Part shown: in pieces, positions 28,501 through 39,733 of the stretch | Layout: every line of letters starts with the position of its first letter | How positions within the stretch are numbered: position 1 is the stretch's first letter | NCBI GenBank assembly: GCA_965248265.1 | Contig: CBDFJF010000001.1 | Location: forward strand, 2,656,001-2,720,000 | Length of the DNA: 64,000 nucleotides | Direction of reading: 5' to 3' | From: Candidatus Latescibacterota bacterium | GTDB taxonomy: Bacteria; Latescibacterota; UBA2968; UBA8231 | Position numbers and translations under genes: made by a program | The notes under the pieces: model-generated | The model's input: the letters and a program-made list of their open reading frames with translations, nothing else | What the model was told of the DNA's origin: nothing | The model's database searches: none

Positions 28501-29229
28501 GTGCGCACCCTCATCCTATCCGACATCCACGGCAATCTCGAGGCCTTCGAAGCCATGCGTACGGCGGGCGCAGAGCTTGGTGTGGAACGTTGGATTTTCC
28601 TCGGTGACGTGGTTGGCTATGGCGCCGATCCTCAGGCCTGCCTCTCCCTGATGCGCCTCCTCGGTGAATGCTCGATAAAGGGAAACCACGACGCAGCAGT
28701 GGCTGGTCAGGAGAATCTGGCCTATTTTAATGCGTTTGCCCGCGAAGCCGTCCAGTGGACGAAGTCCCGGCTGTCCGAAGAGGACCTCGAATACCTGGGC
28801 CGCTTGCCGTTGACGCTGGAGTCGGAGGACAATCTTTTCGTTCATTCCGAGCCATCGAACCCCGGTGCTTGGGGTTACGTCAACGATGTGCACGACGCCG
28901 ATGCGGCGCTTAATGGGACGACGGCACGCCGCTGTTTCGTCGGTCACACTCACTGCGCTTTCGCCTACTGTCGCGACAGCACCCGCACGGAAATCTTGGC
29001 GGCAAGCGGTGTCGTTCACATGAGGGCGAATCGTCGGTACCTCATCAATGTGGGCAGTGTGGGACAACCACGGGATGGTGACCCGCGGGCCTGCGGTGTA
29101 TTCCTCGATGAGGATCGGGATCTTTTTGAGTTTCTCCGCATCGAATACGATATCGCTGCGGCGCAGAGCAAGATCGAGGCGGCTGGACTACCCTCGTTTC
29201 TGGCCGAACGTCTGCAGTTTGGACAATAA
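28501..29229 (+). CDS. Calcineurin-like metallophosphoesterase
   Basis: 'SDIHGN', 'GDVVGYG', 'GNHD', 'GHTH', 'NVGSVGQPRDGDPRA'. Confidence 0.92.
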   Translation: MRTLILSDIHGNLEAFEAMRTAGAELGVERWIFLGDVVGYGADPQACLSLMRLLGECSIKGNHDAAVAGQENLAYFNAFAREAVQWTKSRLSEEDLEYLGRLPLTLESEDNLFVHSEPSNPGAWGYVNDVHDADAALNGTTARRCFVGHTHCAFAYCRDSTRTEILAASGVVHMRANRRYLINVGSVGQPRDGDPRACGVFLDEDRDLFEFLRIEYDIAAAQSKIEAAGLPSFLAERLQFGQ

Positions 29230-29247
29230 GGACGACCACCAGCTAAC

Positions 29248-32200
29248 ATGACCCAGTTATTCAAGAAGCTTTTCGGCTCACAGTCCGACCGCGCATTCAA
29301 CCGCGCCACGGATCTGCTTTCGCAGGTGAATCATTTCGCCGACCAGTTCAGCGAATTGTCCGATGATCAGCTACTGGCCAAAACGCGTCTTTTCCGCGAG
29401 CGGATAGCCGATCAGACTGGCGATAGCACGGCACGCGCAGAGGAGCTCGACGCACAGCTCAGAGGCGATCTCGAAGCCGACGAACGTGACCGCCTCAACG
29501 GCGAATACGACGATCTTCGCGCTCAAATCCGGGACCGGGAAAATGCCCTGCTTGACGAGATCATGCCCGAGGCTTTCGGCCTCGTAAAGCAGGCTTGCCA
29601 TCGCCTCGTGGGCCGCTCCTGGGAGGTCGTCGGGGGTCGCGAAGAGTGGTTCATGATTCCATACGACGTGCAGATTTTTGGCGCCTCCGTGCTGCATCAG
29701 GGCAAGATCGCCGAGATGGCCACCGGTGAGGGCAAGACGCTGGTGGCAACCCTGCCATTGTACCTGAACGCGCTCACCGGGCGGGGCGTGCATCTGATCA
29801 CGCACAACAACTACCTCGCAAAACGCGACGCCATGTGGATGGGGGCGATCTACAACTTCCTCGGCCTATCCGTTGGCGTAATCCAGGACAAGCGCCAGAC
29901 CGGTGGGGCCGAGGCCTACATACTCCCGGTTCCGGATGGGCCGCCCGATGACTTCGTCTGGAACGAAGCCACCCGGCGGGAGGCCTATGCTGCCGACGTC
30001 GTCTACGCGACCAAGGATCAAGTTGGCTTCGATTACCTGTACGACAACATGGCGACGCGACGCCAGGACATCTCGCAGCGCCAATACAACTTCGCCATTG
30101 TCGATGAGGCGGACAGCAACCTCATAGACGACGCCCGCACACCACTGATAATCTCAGGACCAGTCCCTGAGGCTACCAACCGCTACAACGAATTCAAGCC
30201 GCTGGTGGAAAGACTCCTCCGCGCCCAGACCTCTCTCCTCAACAAGATCATCGCCGACGCCGAGAAAACTCGCCAGAGCGACCAGCAGGAAGATGAGTAC
30301 GCCCTCGGCATCGAGTTGCTCAGGGCCACGCGCGGAGCGCCGAAGAACCGCCGCCTTCTCAAGATTCTGCAGGAGGAAGGCGTCAAACGCCTGATCTCCC
30401 GTGTGGAGGCCGACTACATGCGGGACAAGCGGTTGGGGGAAATTGACGAGTCCCTGTTCTACACTGTCGACGAGAAAGGGCACACCCTCGATCTGGCGGA
30501 CAAGGGCCGGGATCTGCTCTCTCCGGACGAACAGGCCCTGTTCATCCTGCCCGACCTCAGCGAGGATATCGAGGCCATCCGCCAGGATGACGAGCTGAAC
30601 GACGAAGAAAAGCGCACCAGCGAAGAGGCCGCCTATCGCGATCACGCCAAGCGTACGGAGGCCGTCCACAACATCAATCAGCTCATGCGCGCTTATACAT
30701 TATTCGAGAAAGACGTGCAGTACCTGGTGACCGAGGACAAAAAGGTCGTCATCGTCGACGAGAGCACGGGACGTCCCCAACCGGGACGCCGCTTCGCCGA
30801 CGGACTGCACCAGGCTCTCGAGGCCAAGGAGGGGGTCAAGGTCGAGCAGGAAACGCAGACCGTGGCCACGGTCACCCTGCAAAACCTCTTCCGCATGTAT
30901 GACAAGCTGGCAGGCATGACCGGAACGGCCGAGACGGAAGCCCATGAATTGTGGGAGATTTACAAACTCGATGTCGTCGTCGTACCGACCAACCGTCCGA
31001 TCCGCCGCGTCGATCTCGAGGATCAGATCTTCCGCACCAAGCGCGAGAAATACAACGCCATCATCGAAGAGATCGAGCGGTTGCACGGCATGGACCTGCC
31101 CATCCTGGTCGGAACGGTATCGGTCGAAGTGTCCGAGTTGCTTAGCCGCATGTTGAAGGGCAAGGGCATCGTGCACCAGCTGCTGAACGCGCGCTACCAT
31201 GAGAAAGAGGCGCAGATCATCAGCGAGGCAGGACAGCCGGCAGCCGTCACCATCGCCACCAACATGGCTGGCAGAGGCACGGATATAAAGCTGGATCCCA
31301 GCGTCATCCACGTCGACCGAGCCGTCGTCGAGTCGGACTTGAGTCTGGACGACCACGTCGACGGCATGGTCCTGCGCGACCAGCTGGAGGAGAAACCGAG
31401 CGGACTGCAGGTAATAGGCACGGAGCGCCACGAAGCCCGTCGCATCGACCGCCAGCTGCGCGGCCGCGCCGGGCGCCAGGGTGATCCGGGTTCTTCCCGC
31501 TTTTTCCTGTCGCTCGAGGATGACCTGATGCGTCTGTTCGGCTCCGAACGGATCGCCTCGGTCATGGATCGCCTCGGTGCTGAAGAGGGCGAAGTCATCG
31601 AACACAGCATGGTCACCCGCAGCATCGAACGGGCGCAGAAGAAGGTCGAGACGCGCAACTTCGAAATGCGCAAGCATCTGCTGGAGTATGACGACGTGAT
31701 GAACCAGCAACGACAGGTCATCTACGACCGCCGGCGCGACCTGCTGGAACAGGATTCGGTCCGCGATCAGGTCCGCGACATGATCGAAGAGACGGTGGAT
31801 GAACTCATGGTCGGTCGCGTGCACTCCGACAGCCACCCGGAACAGTGGTTGTGGGAAGACCTCACGGCCGATTTCGGCAGCACCTTCTACGCCAGCTTTC
31901 CCGACGATGTGGAAGAGCGGGCCAGAGCGACCATGGAGTCCGTCCGCGAGCAACTGATGGATGCAGCCCTTGAAGCCTACGAGTTGCGCCTTAGCATGGT
32001 CGGCGAGGAATCATTTCGCGAAGTCGAGAAGGCCATCATGCTGCACTCCGTCGACTCCTGCTGGCAGGAACACCTGTACGAGATGGACGAGTTGAAGGAG
32101 GGCGTGGGGTTTGTCGGAGTCGGTGGAAAGAACCCGCTCATCGAGTACAAGAAGGGGGCCTTCGACATGTTCGAGAGCCTCATTTCTCGGGTCAACCAGG

Positions 32201-32532
32201 AGTCGTTGCGTGCACTGTTTCGGCTGCGTTTTGATCCTCAGTCACCGCTGGATCAACCTGCGCGCACGGGCAGACTGAGCCCCATTCACCGGGAAGCGAC
32301 CAACCTGGGGTTCCGCGGCGCGGCCCCGGTACCAGGCGACGACATGCCATTGGGAAAACCGCGGCAACCGGCGGGTTCGGCGCGCGACCAGTTCAGCGGC
32401 AGTGGCGGCGGATCCGGGGGTGAGGCCGCGGCCCGCACGCCGGCGCGTGTTGGACCGAAGGTGGGCCGCAACGCCCCATGCCCCTGCGGCAGCGGCAAGA
32501 AGTACAAGCGTTGTCATGGCCGCGACGAGTGA
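29248..32532 (+). CDS. secA: Preprotein translocase SecA
   Basis: 'MATGEGKT', 'VDEAD', '[10 protein letters not shown]', '[13 protein letters not shown]', SEC-C motif '[14 protein letters not shown]'. Confidence 0.99.
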   Translation: MTQLFKKLFGSQSDRAFNRATDLLSQVNHFADQFSELSDDQLLAKTRLFRERIADQTGDSTARAEELDAQLRGDLEADERDRLNGEYDDLRAQIRDRENALLDEIMPEAFGLVKQACHRLVGRSWEVVGGREEWFMIPYDVQIFGASVLHQGKIAEMATGEGKTLVATLPLYLNALTGRGVHLITHNNYLAKRDAMWMGAIYNFLGLSVGVIQDKRQTGGAEAYILPVPDGPPDDFVWNEATRREAYAADVVYATKDQVGFDYLYDNMATRRQDISQRQYNFAIVDEADSNLIDDARTPLIISGPVPEATNRYNEFKPLVERLLRAQTSLLNKIIADAEKTRQSDQQEDEYALGIELLRATRGAPKNRRLLKILQEEGVKRLISRVEADYMRDKRLGEIDESLFYTVDEKGHTLDLADKGRDLLSPDEQALFILPDLSEDIEAIRQDDELNDEEKRTSEEAAYRDHAKRTEAVHNINQLMRAYTLFEKDVQYLVTEDKKVVIVDESTGRPQPGRRFADGLHQALEAKEGVKVEQETQTVATVTLQNLFRMYDKLAGMTGTAETEAHELWEIYKLDVVVVPTNRPIRRVDLEDQIFRTKREKYNAIIEEIERLHGMDLPILVGTVSVEVSELLSRMLKGKGIVHQLLNARYHEKEAQIISEAGQPAAVTIATNMAGRGTDIKLDPSVIHVDRAVVESDLSLDDHVDGMVLRDQLEEKPSGLQVIGTERHEARRIDRQLRGRAGRQGDPGSSRFFLSLEDDLMRLFGSERIASVMDRLGAEEGEVIEHSMVTRSIERAQKKVETRNFEMRKHLLEYDDVMNQQRQVIYDRRRDLLEQDSVRDQVRDMIEETVDELMVGRVHSDSHPEQWLWEDLTADFGSTFYASFPDDVEERARATMESVREQLMDAALEAYELRLSMVGEESFREVEKAIMLHSVDSCWQEHLYEMDELKEGVGFVGVGGKNPLIEYKKGAFDMFESLISRVNQESLRALFRLRFDPQSPLDQPARTGRLSPIHREATNLGFRGAAPVPGDDMPLGKPRQPAGSARDQFSGSGGGSGGEAAARTPARVGPKVGRNAPCPCGSGKKYKRCHGRDE

Positions 32533-32540
32533 GTGAATCC

Positions 32541-34037
32541 ATGGATATCTGGCAGATACTCTGTCTCACCCTCTATTGTGGCATCGTCGCCCTGCTCAGT
32601 CTGTACGGGTTCCACCGTTATCACATGATGCGGCTGTACTTCAAGCACTCGGGACCCAGCGAGCCACCCGAAAACCGGTTTGAATCGTTGCCGGGCGTCA
32701 CCGTTCAGTTGCCGATATACAACGAGTTCCACGTCGTCGATCGGCTGGTGGAAGCGGTCAGCAAGCTCGACTATCCCCGTGATCGATTACAGGTTCAGGT
32801 TCTCGACGACTCGGTAGACGAAACCCGTCAACGTGCCCAGTGTGCGGTGAAGATCCTGCGTGCTCGGGGGCTGGACATCGACTACCTCCACCGCGACTCA
32901 CGCGAGGGCTTCAAGGCCGGAGCGCTGGCGGCAGGCCTGGAGCAAGCCAAGCACGAGTACATCTTCATCCTCGACGCCGATTTCGTTCCGCCTCCCGATG
33001 TCCTGAAGCGATCCATCGATTACTTCACCGACGCTCGTATTGGCATGGTGCAGATGCGCTGGGGACATCTCAATCGGAAATACTCCCTGCTTACGAGAAT
33101 CCAGGCCATTTTTCTGGACGGCCATTTGATGATCGAGCACACGGCGAGGAACCGATCCGGGCGGTTCTTCAACTTCAACGGCACAGCCGGAATCTGGCGC
33201 CGCCGCAGCATCGAGGAAGCCGGCGGTTGGCAGCGCGATACACTGACCGAGGACCTGGACTTGAGCTACCGGGCACAACTGGCCGGCTGGAAATTCCTCT
33301 TCCTGCCCGATGTCGAAGTGCCGGCCGAGCTGCCGGTCGAGATAAACGCCTTCAAGACCCAGCAGCACCGATGGACGAAGGGCTCGGTTCAGACCGCGAA
33401 GAAGATTCTGCCCAGGGTTTGGCGAGCACGGGAATTACCGTTGCGCGTCAAGATTGAAGCTACCTTCCACCTCACGGCCAACAGCTGCTACCTGCTGATG
33501 CTGATGATGGCGTTGATGATGTTGCCGGTGCTCACCATTCGGGCTCAGCTTGGGTGGGAGCGGCTCCTGCTCATCGACCTGCCCCTGTTCTCTATGGCGA
33601 CGATGGCCATCTCCGGTTTTTATGTGGTTTCCCAGAGAGCTCTGTACCCTGATTGGCGCCGGCAGATAAAATACCTGCCGGCCTTGATGGCCATCGGCAT
33701 CAGTTTGTGCGTCAGCAACGCGCGCGGAGTGTTCGAAGGATTGATCGGACACCAGAGTGGTTTCAAACGCACTCCGAAGTACGGTGCGACCGAAAAAGGC
33801 TTGGGGTTCGGTGCCAAGTACGCCGGCAAGATAACGATCGTCGCCGTCGCTGAGATCGGCATGGCCTGCTATTTCGCCCTGGTCCTGCACCAGGCCTGGA
33901 GCATCGGACTCTACTTCGGCATACCCTTCCTGCTGCTGTTCCACACCGGCTTTCTCTACACTGGCCTGATGTCGAGTCTGCAGCCGTGGTTGGTGCGTCT
34001 GCGGCGTCCTCAGCCGCTGCCCATCGTGGGTAATTGA
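32541..34037 (+). CDS. Membrane GT2 glycosyltransferase (CslA/cellulose-synthase-like)
   Basis: 'QLPIYNE', 'DDS', 'KAGAL', 'DAD', 'TEDLD', 'QQHRW'; alternative GTG start at 32529 overlaps the secA stop. Confidence 0.9.
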   Translation: MDIWQILCLTLYCGIVALLSLYGFHRYHMMRLYFKHSGPSEPPENRFESLPGVTVQLPIYNEFHVVDRLVEAVSKLDYPRDRLQVQVLDDSVDETRQRAQCAVKILRARGLDIDYLHRDSREGFKAGALAAGLEQAKHEYIFILDADFVPPPDVLKRSIDYFTDARIGMVQMRWGHLNRKYSLLTRIQAIFLDGHLMIEHTARNRSGRFFNFNGTAGIWRRRSIEEAGGWQRDTLTEDLDLSYRAQLAGWKFLFLPDVEVPAELPVEINAFKTQQHRWTKGSVQTAKKILPRVWRARELPLRVKIEATFHLTANSCYLLMLMMALMMLPVLTIRAQLGWERLLLIDLPLFSMATMAISGFYVVSQRALYPDWRRQIKYLPALMAIGISLCVSNARGVFEGLIGHQSGFKRTPKYGATEKGLGFGAKYAGKITIVAVAEIGMACYFALVLHQAWSIGLYFGIPFLLLFHTGFLYTGLMSSLQPWLVRLRRPQPLPIVGN

Positions 34038-34048
34038 ACTACACGATT

Positions 34049-34097
34049 AAAGAAAAAGGCCGTCCGGCAAATCATTGCGGGACGGCCTCTTTTTTTT
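34049..34097. terminator. Bidirectional intrinsic terminator
   Basis: A-tract, AGGCCGTCC...GGACGGCCT stem, T-tract; lies between convergent genes. Confidence 0.85.
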
Positions 34098-34121
34098 GCT
34101 GTACCTATCTATTGGGCGGCG

Positions 34122-34604
34122 TTATTTCCGCGGAGGCCACGCCAGCTTGTACTCGTCCGATTCCAGATCTTTGCGCCCCAATAACACCACGACTGACGGA
34201 TAGAAGCGGCCGCCGACAGAAGTACGCAACTTCGAGAAGCCGATTTTTACCGAATGCGCCTGGCGCTTCAGATCACCGGTCTTGTCCGTGGCCACACGGG
34301 AAGCCTCCTTGAAGGACCGCAGGTACAGTTCGTGTGTGCTTCTCAAGGTGTTATCATCCGGGTCGGGCATGATTCCTACGGCGGCGGCGTAATCCGCGAG
34401 CAACTTGCGCGCCGCGAGTATGTCCTTCTCCGTCTTCTCTGTGGAGAGATCGCCCAAGGTCTCGATATAGTTTTGAACCTGGACGTTGTAGTGATGGAAT
34501 TTTTGGATGGTCTTCACATACTGTTTCAGCTCCTCGACCTGAGCCTCATCACCACAGCTCAATAGACCCAGAGCCAATGCAAATGCCGTGATCGTCTTCA
34601 GCAT
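34122..34604 (-). CDS. Hypothetical helical lipoprotein
   Basis: Lipobox 'LLSC'; GGAGG RBS. Confidence 0.7.
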   Translation of the reverse strand: MLKTITAFALALGLLSCGDEAQVEELKQYVKTIQKFHHYNVQVQNYIETLGDLSTEKTEKDILAARKLLADYAAAVGIMPDPDDNTLRSTHELYLRSFKEASRVATDKTGDLKRQAHSVKIGFSKLRTSVGGRFYPSVVVLLGRKDLESDEYKLAWPPRK

Positions 34605-34664
34605 CTCAGACCTCCCACTTGGGTTTGGGCAGCACGCGGCCGCACCATTTCACCATGTTACCGA

Positions 34665-35270
34665 CTATCCCGTACCGTCTGCGACCGCTACGGTCTGCGC
34701 ATCCTCTTGACGATCGCCGGCCAGACCGATTACACCGGCCGCGGACTGCAGGGCTTCTAGGACAAACTGAATATGCTCGTCCAACTCCATGCCGAGCTCG
34801 GTCGCACCCTGGGTTATGTCCTCGCGGTTCACACCCTCGGCGAATGTTCGCTGTTTCCACTTCTTCTTGATGGAACTGAGCTTCACGTCCAGGACGCTGC
34901 GGCTCGGCCGCACCAGTGCTACTGCCGTGATCAACCCGCACAACTCGTCAACGGCGAACAGGGCGCGATCCATCGGACTGTTGCGCTCCAGTTCGAGGTA
35001 CTGGGCATGAGACAGAATCGCGTAGATGACATCCTCGTCGCATCCCGCCGACCGCAGAATCTCGGCCCCCTTCTTCGGGTGATTCTCAGGCTCCGGCCAT
35101 CGCTCGTAGTCGAAATCGTGGAGTAAGCCGGTGGCGCCCCAGCGATCCTCGTCCCCGCCCAAACTACGCGCGTAGGCTCGCATGGCAGCCTCGACCGCCA
35201 GAGCATGATTGAGGAGGCTTTGACCCTGGGTGTACTCGGTCAACAGGGCCCATGCACGAGTGCGTTCCAT
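34665..35270 (-). CDS. HDIG/HD-domain hydrolase
   Basis: 'HALAVEAAM', 'GLLHDFDYE', 'AVDELCGL', 'FAEGVNRE'. Confidence 0.9.
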   Translation of the reverse strand: MERTRAWALLTEYTQGQSLLNHALAVEAAMRAYARSLGGDEDRWGATGLLHDFDYERWPEPENHPKKGAEILRSAGCDEDVIYAILSHAQYLELERNSPMDRALFAVDELCGLITAVALVRPSRSVLDVKLSSIKKKWKQRTFAEGVNREDITQGATELGMELDEHIQFVLEALQSAAGVIGLAGDRQEDAQTVAVADGTG

Positions 35271-35493
35271 AGTGATGGATCAAGCTTGAGAGTAGGCTGC
35301 CAGCCGGGTCACGGACGGTTTTTTTGGCGTGGCTTCAGCACATTTTTGGCTGTTTCGGGCTGTAACGTACGGCGGATTTTTTGGAAAAGCAAGCATATAC
35401 AGTGGTCTGTGTGTTGACCCATAGCACAGAGAAAAATACCTTCAAAGCCGTCCGTTTGGCCCAACACAACTACTGGATTCGGAGTAAAAGAGA

Positions 35494-36462
35494 ATGATCG
35501 ATACCAGCGTGCTCAAGAGTGAGCTCGACAACTGTCTTCTGGATGCCCGCTTTGACCGTTGGAAAGGCTCCTACCAGCAGGGCAAGGTGAGGGATATGTA
35601 CCTGTTGGAGGACAAGCGCATCCTCATCACTACCGACCGCCAGAGCGCCTTCGACCACGTTTTGGGTACCATTCCGTTGAAGGGGCAGGTGCTCAACCGC
35701 ATCGCCGAATTCTGGTTCGAGCGCACCCGAGATATCGTCGCCAACCACGTGATTGCCGTTCCCGACGGCAACATCACCGTGGCCGAAGAGCTGGAGATGA
35801 TTCCTGTGGAGATCGTCGTCAGACGCTACCTGACAGGCAGCACCGACACCTCTGTGTGGACGCACTATGACCGCGGCGTTCGCAACTTCTGCGGCATCGA
35901 TCTGGAAGACGGCATGGTCAAGAATCAGCCCTTCGACGGCCCCATCATTACCCCCAGTACGAAGGCCGACGATCACGACGAATCGGTGTCCCGAGAGCAG
36001 ATTCTGGAGCGTGGCCTCGTGGAGGAGAACACCTGGGAGCAGATTGAGGAGATCGCGCTGGCATTGTTTGCACGCGGCACGGAGGTGGCAGCGCAGCAAG
36101 GCTTGATTCTTGTGGACACGAAGTATGAAATGGGGATCAATAGCGAGGGCGCCATCGCCGTCGCCGATGAGATCCACACCCCTGACTCCTCGCGCTACTG
36201 GATTGCCGAATCCTATGAGCCCCGGCACGCTGCCGGGGAGGAGCCAGAGAGCCTGGACAAGGAATTCCTGCGCCTGTGGCTGAGGGACAAAGGGATCTCG
36301 GATGACAATGTACCCGAACTCGACGACGAGATTCGCATTCAGGTAGCCGAGCGCTACATCGACCTGTACGAGCGCGTGACGGGCGGGGAGTTTGTGGTCG
36401 ATTTGAATGGAGTACCCGTGCGGGAGCGGATCGAAGCTGTCATCGCCCCCTACTTGGGCTGA
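35494..36462 (+). CDS. purC: SAICAR synthetase
   Basis: 'GKVRDMY', 'TDRQSAFD', 'TPSTKA', 'VDTKYE', 'DEIHTPDSSRYW', 'DKEFLR'. Confidence 0.97.
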   Translation: MIDTSVLKSELDNCLLDARFDRWKGSYQQGKVRDMYLLEDKRILITTDRQSAFDHVLGTIPLKGQVLNRIAEFWFERTRDIVANHVIAVPDGNITVAEELEMIPVEIVVRRYLTGSTDTSVWTHYDRGVRNFCGIDLEDGMVKNQPFDGPIITPSTKADDHDESVSREQILERGLVEENTWEQIEEIALALFARGTEVAAQQGLILVDTKYEMGINSEGAIAVADEIHTPDSSRYWIAESYEPRHAAGEEPESLDKEFLRLWLRDKGISDDNVPELDDEIRIQVAERYIDLYERVTGGEFVVDLNGVPVRERIEAVIAPYLG

Positions 36463-36662
36463 TTCGTGTTCAAGAGTCTGATCAGCGCCGCCCTGGTGTT
36501 CCGCCTCCATCTGAGGGAACCACCCGTCGATTGGGGCTCGGTCTTGCTTGCGTGGCTGCATCGCCCAGTAATTGAGATCATGCTGCCGGCAGAAGCACAG
36601 TCGGCCAGCACAGACGATACCCGCGGTCTGGTAGACAACCTCAATTCCGTGTACCCGTTCTG

Positions 36663-36941
36663 ATGCTTCACCGCCAACTGCGCTCAGCCCTGGAGGAGAT
36701 CTTCGGCCCTGACTTCGTCACCGATGCGCTCAGCCAGGCCGAACTGGCCCAGAGCGTGATCCATGAGTCCCCGGACCAGTTCAGGAAGGCGGTACTCGGT
36801 TTCCAGCGACTCAACTACCGCGACGAGCAGACGGCCTACGCCGATCAGCTGGAGCGTCCGTTCGGTGTCGCCCTCATATGCTCGTTGCTCGACACGTCGA
36901 CGCGTGAGTTCGTCGCCGAGTTGGGACTGAACTACCTCTAA
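36663..36941 (+). CDS. Small hypothetical protein
   Basis: 92-aa ORF with coding-like codon usage; no recognised motif. Confidence 0.6.
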   Translation: MLHRQLRSALEEIFGPDFVTDALSQAELAQSVIHESPDQFRKAVLGFQRLNYRDEQTAYADQLERPFGVALICSLLDTSTREFVAELGLNYL

Positions 36942-37084
36942 CCGAGCTCCCTTGGTCGGAGAGTGAGCCTCCCGGATAGTGGTTTTTTGCCTATCTTTTA
37001 TCGTCCCTGAGTTCGATCTAGGGGCAGTCCAGCACCCAAAGCTCCATTTTCCGAAATCATCGGCCGGCGGCGAGGCACCATGGA

Positions 37085-37960
37085 GTGCAATCCCGTCTCG
37101 TGTCGGACCACGTCTCAGCGAAGAGCACATTCTTGCCGTACGATCTGGCTGACCTGCACGTCCACACATACTGCTCGGATGGTTTACGCACACCAACCGA
37201 GGCGGTCGAGGAAGCTCGTGATGCCGGAGTCCGGATCCTGGGACTGACCGATCACGATTCTGTCGCCGGCATCGACGAGGCCACCGCGGTTGGTGTGGAC
37301 CTCGGAGTCAAACTCGTCCCGGGCACTGAGTTGTCCGCCCAGATTGACGGTAGGGAAATCCACTTGTTGGCCTATTTCATCGACTGGCACAGCCAGACGC
37401 TGTCCGATTACCTGGCTCTGTTCCAGGAGCGTCGCCACGCCCGGGGTGTCGCCATCGTGGAACGACTGAACGCCTTGGGCATCCAACTCACTATCGAGGA
37501 TGTTCTGGCCCAGGCTGAGGGCGGGCTGGTGGGACGACCCCACGTGGCCGCGGCCTTGGTGGCCCGCGGCGCCGTGGCCTCGAAAGAAGAGGCCTTTGAC
37601 CGCTATATCGGAGACCGAAAACCTGCGGTGGTGGCCAAGCCAAATGCGTCGGCCAAGGACGTAATCTGTATGGTGCATCGAGTCGGCGGGGTGGCCGTAC
37701 TGGCCCATCCCGGGGCCAGCTGCCCCGAAGCACTGGTGACGCAGCTGGTTGCCGCCGGATTGGACGGCATCGAGGTGTATCACCCCGCTCATCTACCCCC
37801 TCAAATCGACCACTACTCCCGTCTCGTAGAGCGTTTCGGGCTGGTGGCCTCCGGGGGTTCCGACAGCCATGGGGAGCCGACCGGTTCCGTGATCGGTTCC
37901 TACGGTATCGGATGCGACGCCGTCGACGCACTGGAGGCACGCGCCTCCTCGCATGCCTGA
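37085..37960 (+). CDS. PHP-domain phosphoesterase (TrpH/YciV-like)
   Basis: 'DLHVHT..SDG', 'TDHD', 'GRPH', 'AHP', 'GGSDSHG'. Confidence 0.92.
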   Translation: MQSRLVSDHVSAKSTFLPYDLADLHVHTYCSDGLRTPTEAVEEARDAGVRILGLTDHDSVAGIDEATAVGVDLGVKLVPGTELSAQIDGREIHLLAYFIDWHSQTLSDYLALFQERRHARGVAIVERLNALGIQLTIEDVLAQAEGGLVGRPHVAAALVARGAVASKEEAFDRYIGDRKPAVVAKPNASAKDVICMVHRVGGVAVLAHPGASCPEALVTQLVAAGLDGIEVYHPAHLPPQIDHYSRLVERFGLVASGGSDSHGEPTGSVIGSYGIGCDAVDALEARASSHA

Positions 37961-38021
37961 GTCGCCTCGGCTGCGACCTTTTCGTCCTCGCACGCCTGAG
38001 TCGCCTCGGCTGCGATCCTTC
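37946..38021. repeat. 39-bp direct duplication spanning the PHP gene stop
   Basis: TCCTCGCAyGCCTGAGTCGCCTCGGCTGCGA at 37946 and 37985. Confidence 0.85.
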
Positions 38022-38032
38022 AACTCGCGAAT

Positions 38033-39733
38033 ATGAATCGAAAACTCGAGATCCGGTTGGTCCTTACTCAGACTCTTGCACTGACACTCTTCCTGCTGCA
38101 ACCGCTGGTTTTCATGAATCGCGTCGAGGCTGAAGGCCTGGTGCTGAATCTGCCACAGCAGTCACAGCAGGATGAACCCGAGGGTCCCCTGCCTGGACTC
38201 GTCGGTACCTCGATCGCCGACATTGCCTGGAGTGGACGCCATCTTTGGGTAGCCACCGAGAAAGGGTTGGCCAGGTTGGACCCGCGTCAACAATCTGGAC
38301 TCAACGCCGAGGACTGGGTCACCTATGGAGAGGCCAACGGCATGGGGCGTGGTGCGGTCAGCGCCCTGGCAGCCATCGATAGTACCATCTGGGTGGCGAC
38401 GCTCGTGGATAGCACCGAGCAGGCCGGTAACGGCCTGAGCTTCTCCCGGGACGCCGGTGACCACTGGCAGCATATACCCAACAACGTCATCTTCGATCCA
38501 AGAGTCCCTGGTTTCGAGCAAGGCCCGTTTACACAGCTCCAGAATGCGTGTTTCGGTTTGGCCATCGACGGTGAGAACATCTGGGCCACCTTCTTCGCCG
38601 GCTCGGTGGTGCGCTCCCGGGACGGCGGCGCAACCTGGGAACGCGTCCTGCCCGACGGCGCTGACCAAATTGTCTTCGTGGATTCTGACACGGAGGCTGA
38701 CAGGCTGCAGCTTGTCGCCGACAGCCTGTCCATCGCCGGCGCCCCGCAGGCCGCCATCGACGCGGCCCGAGCTGAGGCCGACAGCGTGTTGAGTCAATCC
38801 GGCCTTCATCGAACATTCTCGGTTGCCGCCTACGACGACACGGTGTGGATCGGTACCGCGAGTGGCATTGCCCGCAGCTTTGACGGTGGCGATACCTGGA
38901 CCAACCTGAAGGCCCGGTTGGACCCCAGCGGGGCACTGGTTACCGGCGGCCTGGGAGCGAACTGGGTCGTCGCCCTCGAGCGCCAGCTGCGGACCGATGG
39001 GGTCAGTGTAATATGGGCGGGCACCCGGTTGACGACCGACCCTGATGGTCAGGTCGAAGCCTTCAACTACAGTGAGGACGATGGAGAGACGTGGAATTCT
39101 GGAGGACCGACCTTCGCCTGGGATTTCGCTTTCTCTGCCGACTCCGTCTGGGCCAGCAGTGAGGACGGGGTGTTCGTCAGTGCGGATGGTGGCCAGATGT
39201 GGGAGAATGTCGTCATAGAAGATGAAACCCGCCGCGAGCAACTGCGCGGCCAGTCGGTCGGCGCTGAGACCGTGCCCATGGACGACGGCACCACGCTGCT
39301 GTGGGTCGGCGCCTCCACCGGGTTGGGACGTTCCGACGACGGGGGTCAGAGTTGGACCATATTGTCTTTCCCGGTGAAAACCTTCTCTGTCGACACGAAT
39401 GGAATCATCGGACAGGCCGGCATCGTAGACGACATACACAAACCGACAACCTACGCAGCGCCCAATCCCTTCTCGCCCTCTCGCGACGACCGCGCCAGGT
39501 TGGTATACAGCCTCACCCACACTACCGAAGTCACCATCGATATCTACGATGTTGCCAGCAGACACGTGCGCACCCTGATCTCGGGCGAGACGCGTGATGG
39601 GGCCCTCAACCATGGCGACAATTGGGACGGCAGGGATAACGATGGCGATGTTGTGGCCAACGGCGTCTACTTTTTCCGCGTGGAGACCTCAAACGGCCAT
39701 CGGGCCTTCGGCAAGGTTGTGGTGCTCAATTGA
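38033..39733 (+). CDS. Secreted beta-propeller (BNR/Asp-box) protein with C-terminal FlgD-Ig/T9SS-CTD-like domain
   Basis: Signal peptide; repeated SxDxGxTW Asp-boxes; 'APNPFSP..IDIYD..WDGR....VANGVYF' tail. Confidence 0.85.
   Translation: MNRKLEIRLVLTQTLALTLFLLQPLVFMNRVEAEGLVLNLPQQSQQDEPEGPLPGLVGTSIADIAWSGRHLWVATEKGLARLDPRQQSGLNAEDWVTYGEANGMGRGAVSALAAIDSTIWVATLVDSTEQAGNGLSFSRDAGDHWQHIPNNVIFDPRVPGFEQGPFTQLQNACFGLAIDGENIWATFFAGSVVRSRDGGATWERVLPDGADQIVFVDSDTEADRLQLVADSLSIAGAPQAAIDAARAEADSVLSQSGLHRTFSVAAYDDTVWIGTASGIARSFDGGDTWTNLKARLDPSGALVTGGLGANWVVALERQLRTDGVSVIWAGTRLTTDPDGQVEAFNYSEDDGETWNSGGPTFAWDFAFSADSVWASSEDGVFVSADGGQMWENVVIEDETRREQLRGQSVGAETVPMDDGTTLLWVGASTGLGRSDDGGQSWTILSFPVKTFSVDTNGIIGQAGIVDDIHKPTTYAAPNPFSPSRDDRARLVYSLTHTTEVTIDIYDVASRHVRTLISGETRDGALNHGDNWDGRDNDGDVVANGVYFFRVETSNGHRAFGKVVVLN

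Noticed and set aside
32541-34037. Cellulose synthase BcsA
   Set aside because: Too short, no PilZ domain, no bcsB/C/Z genes
36466-36663. 65-aa ORF between purC and the small hypothetical gene
   Set aside because: It fills the gap and abuts the next gene, but has no RBS or motif; insufficient support
38162-39613. Long antisense ORF (483 aa)
   Set aside because: Shadow of the propeller gene caused by high-GC codon bias; no motifs
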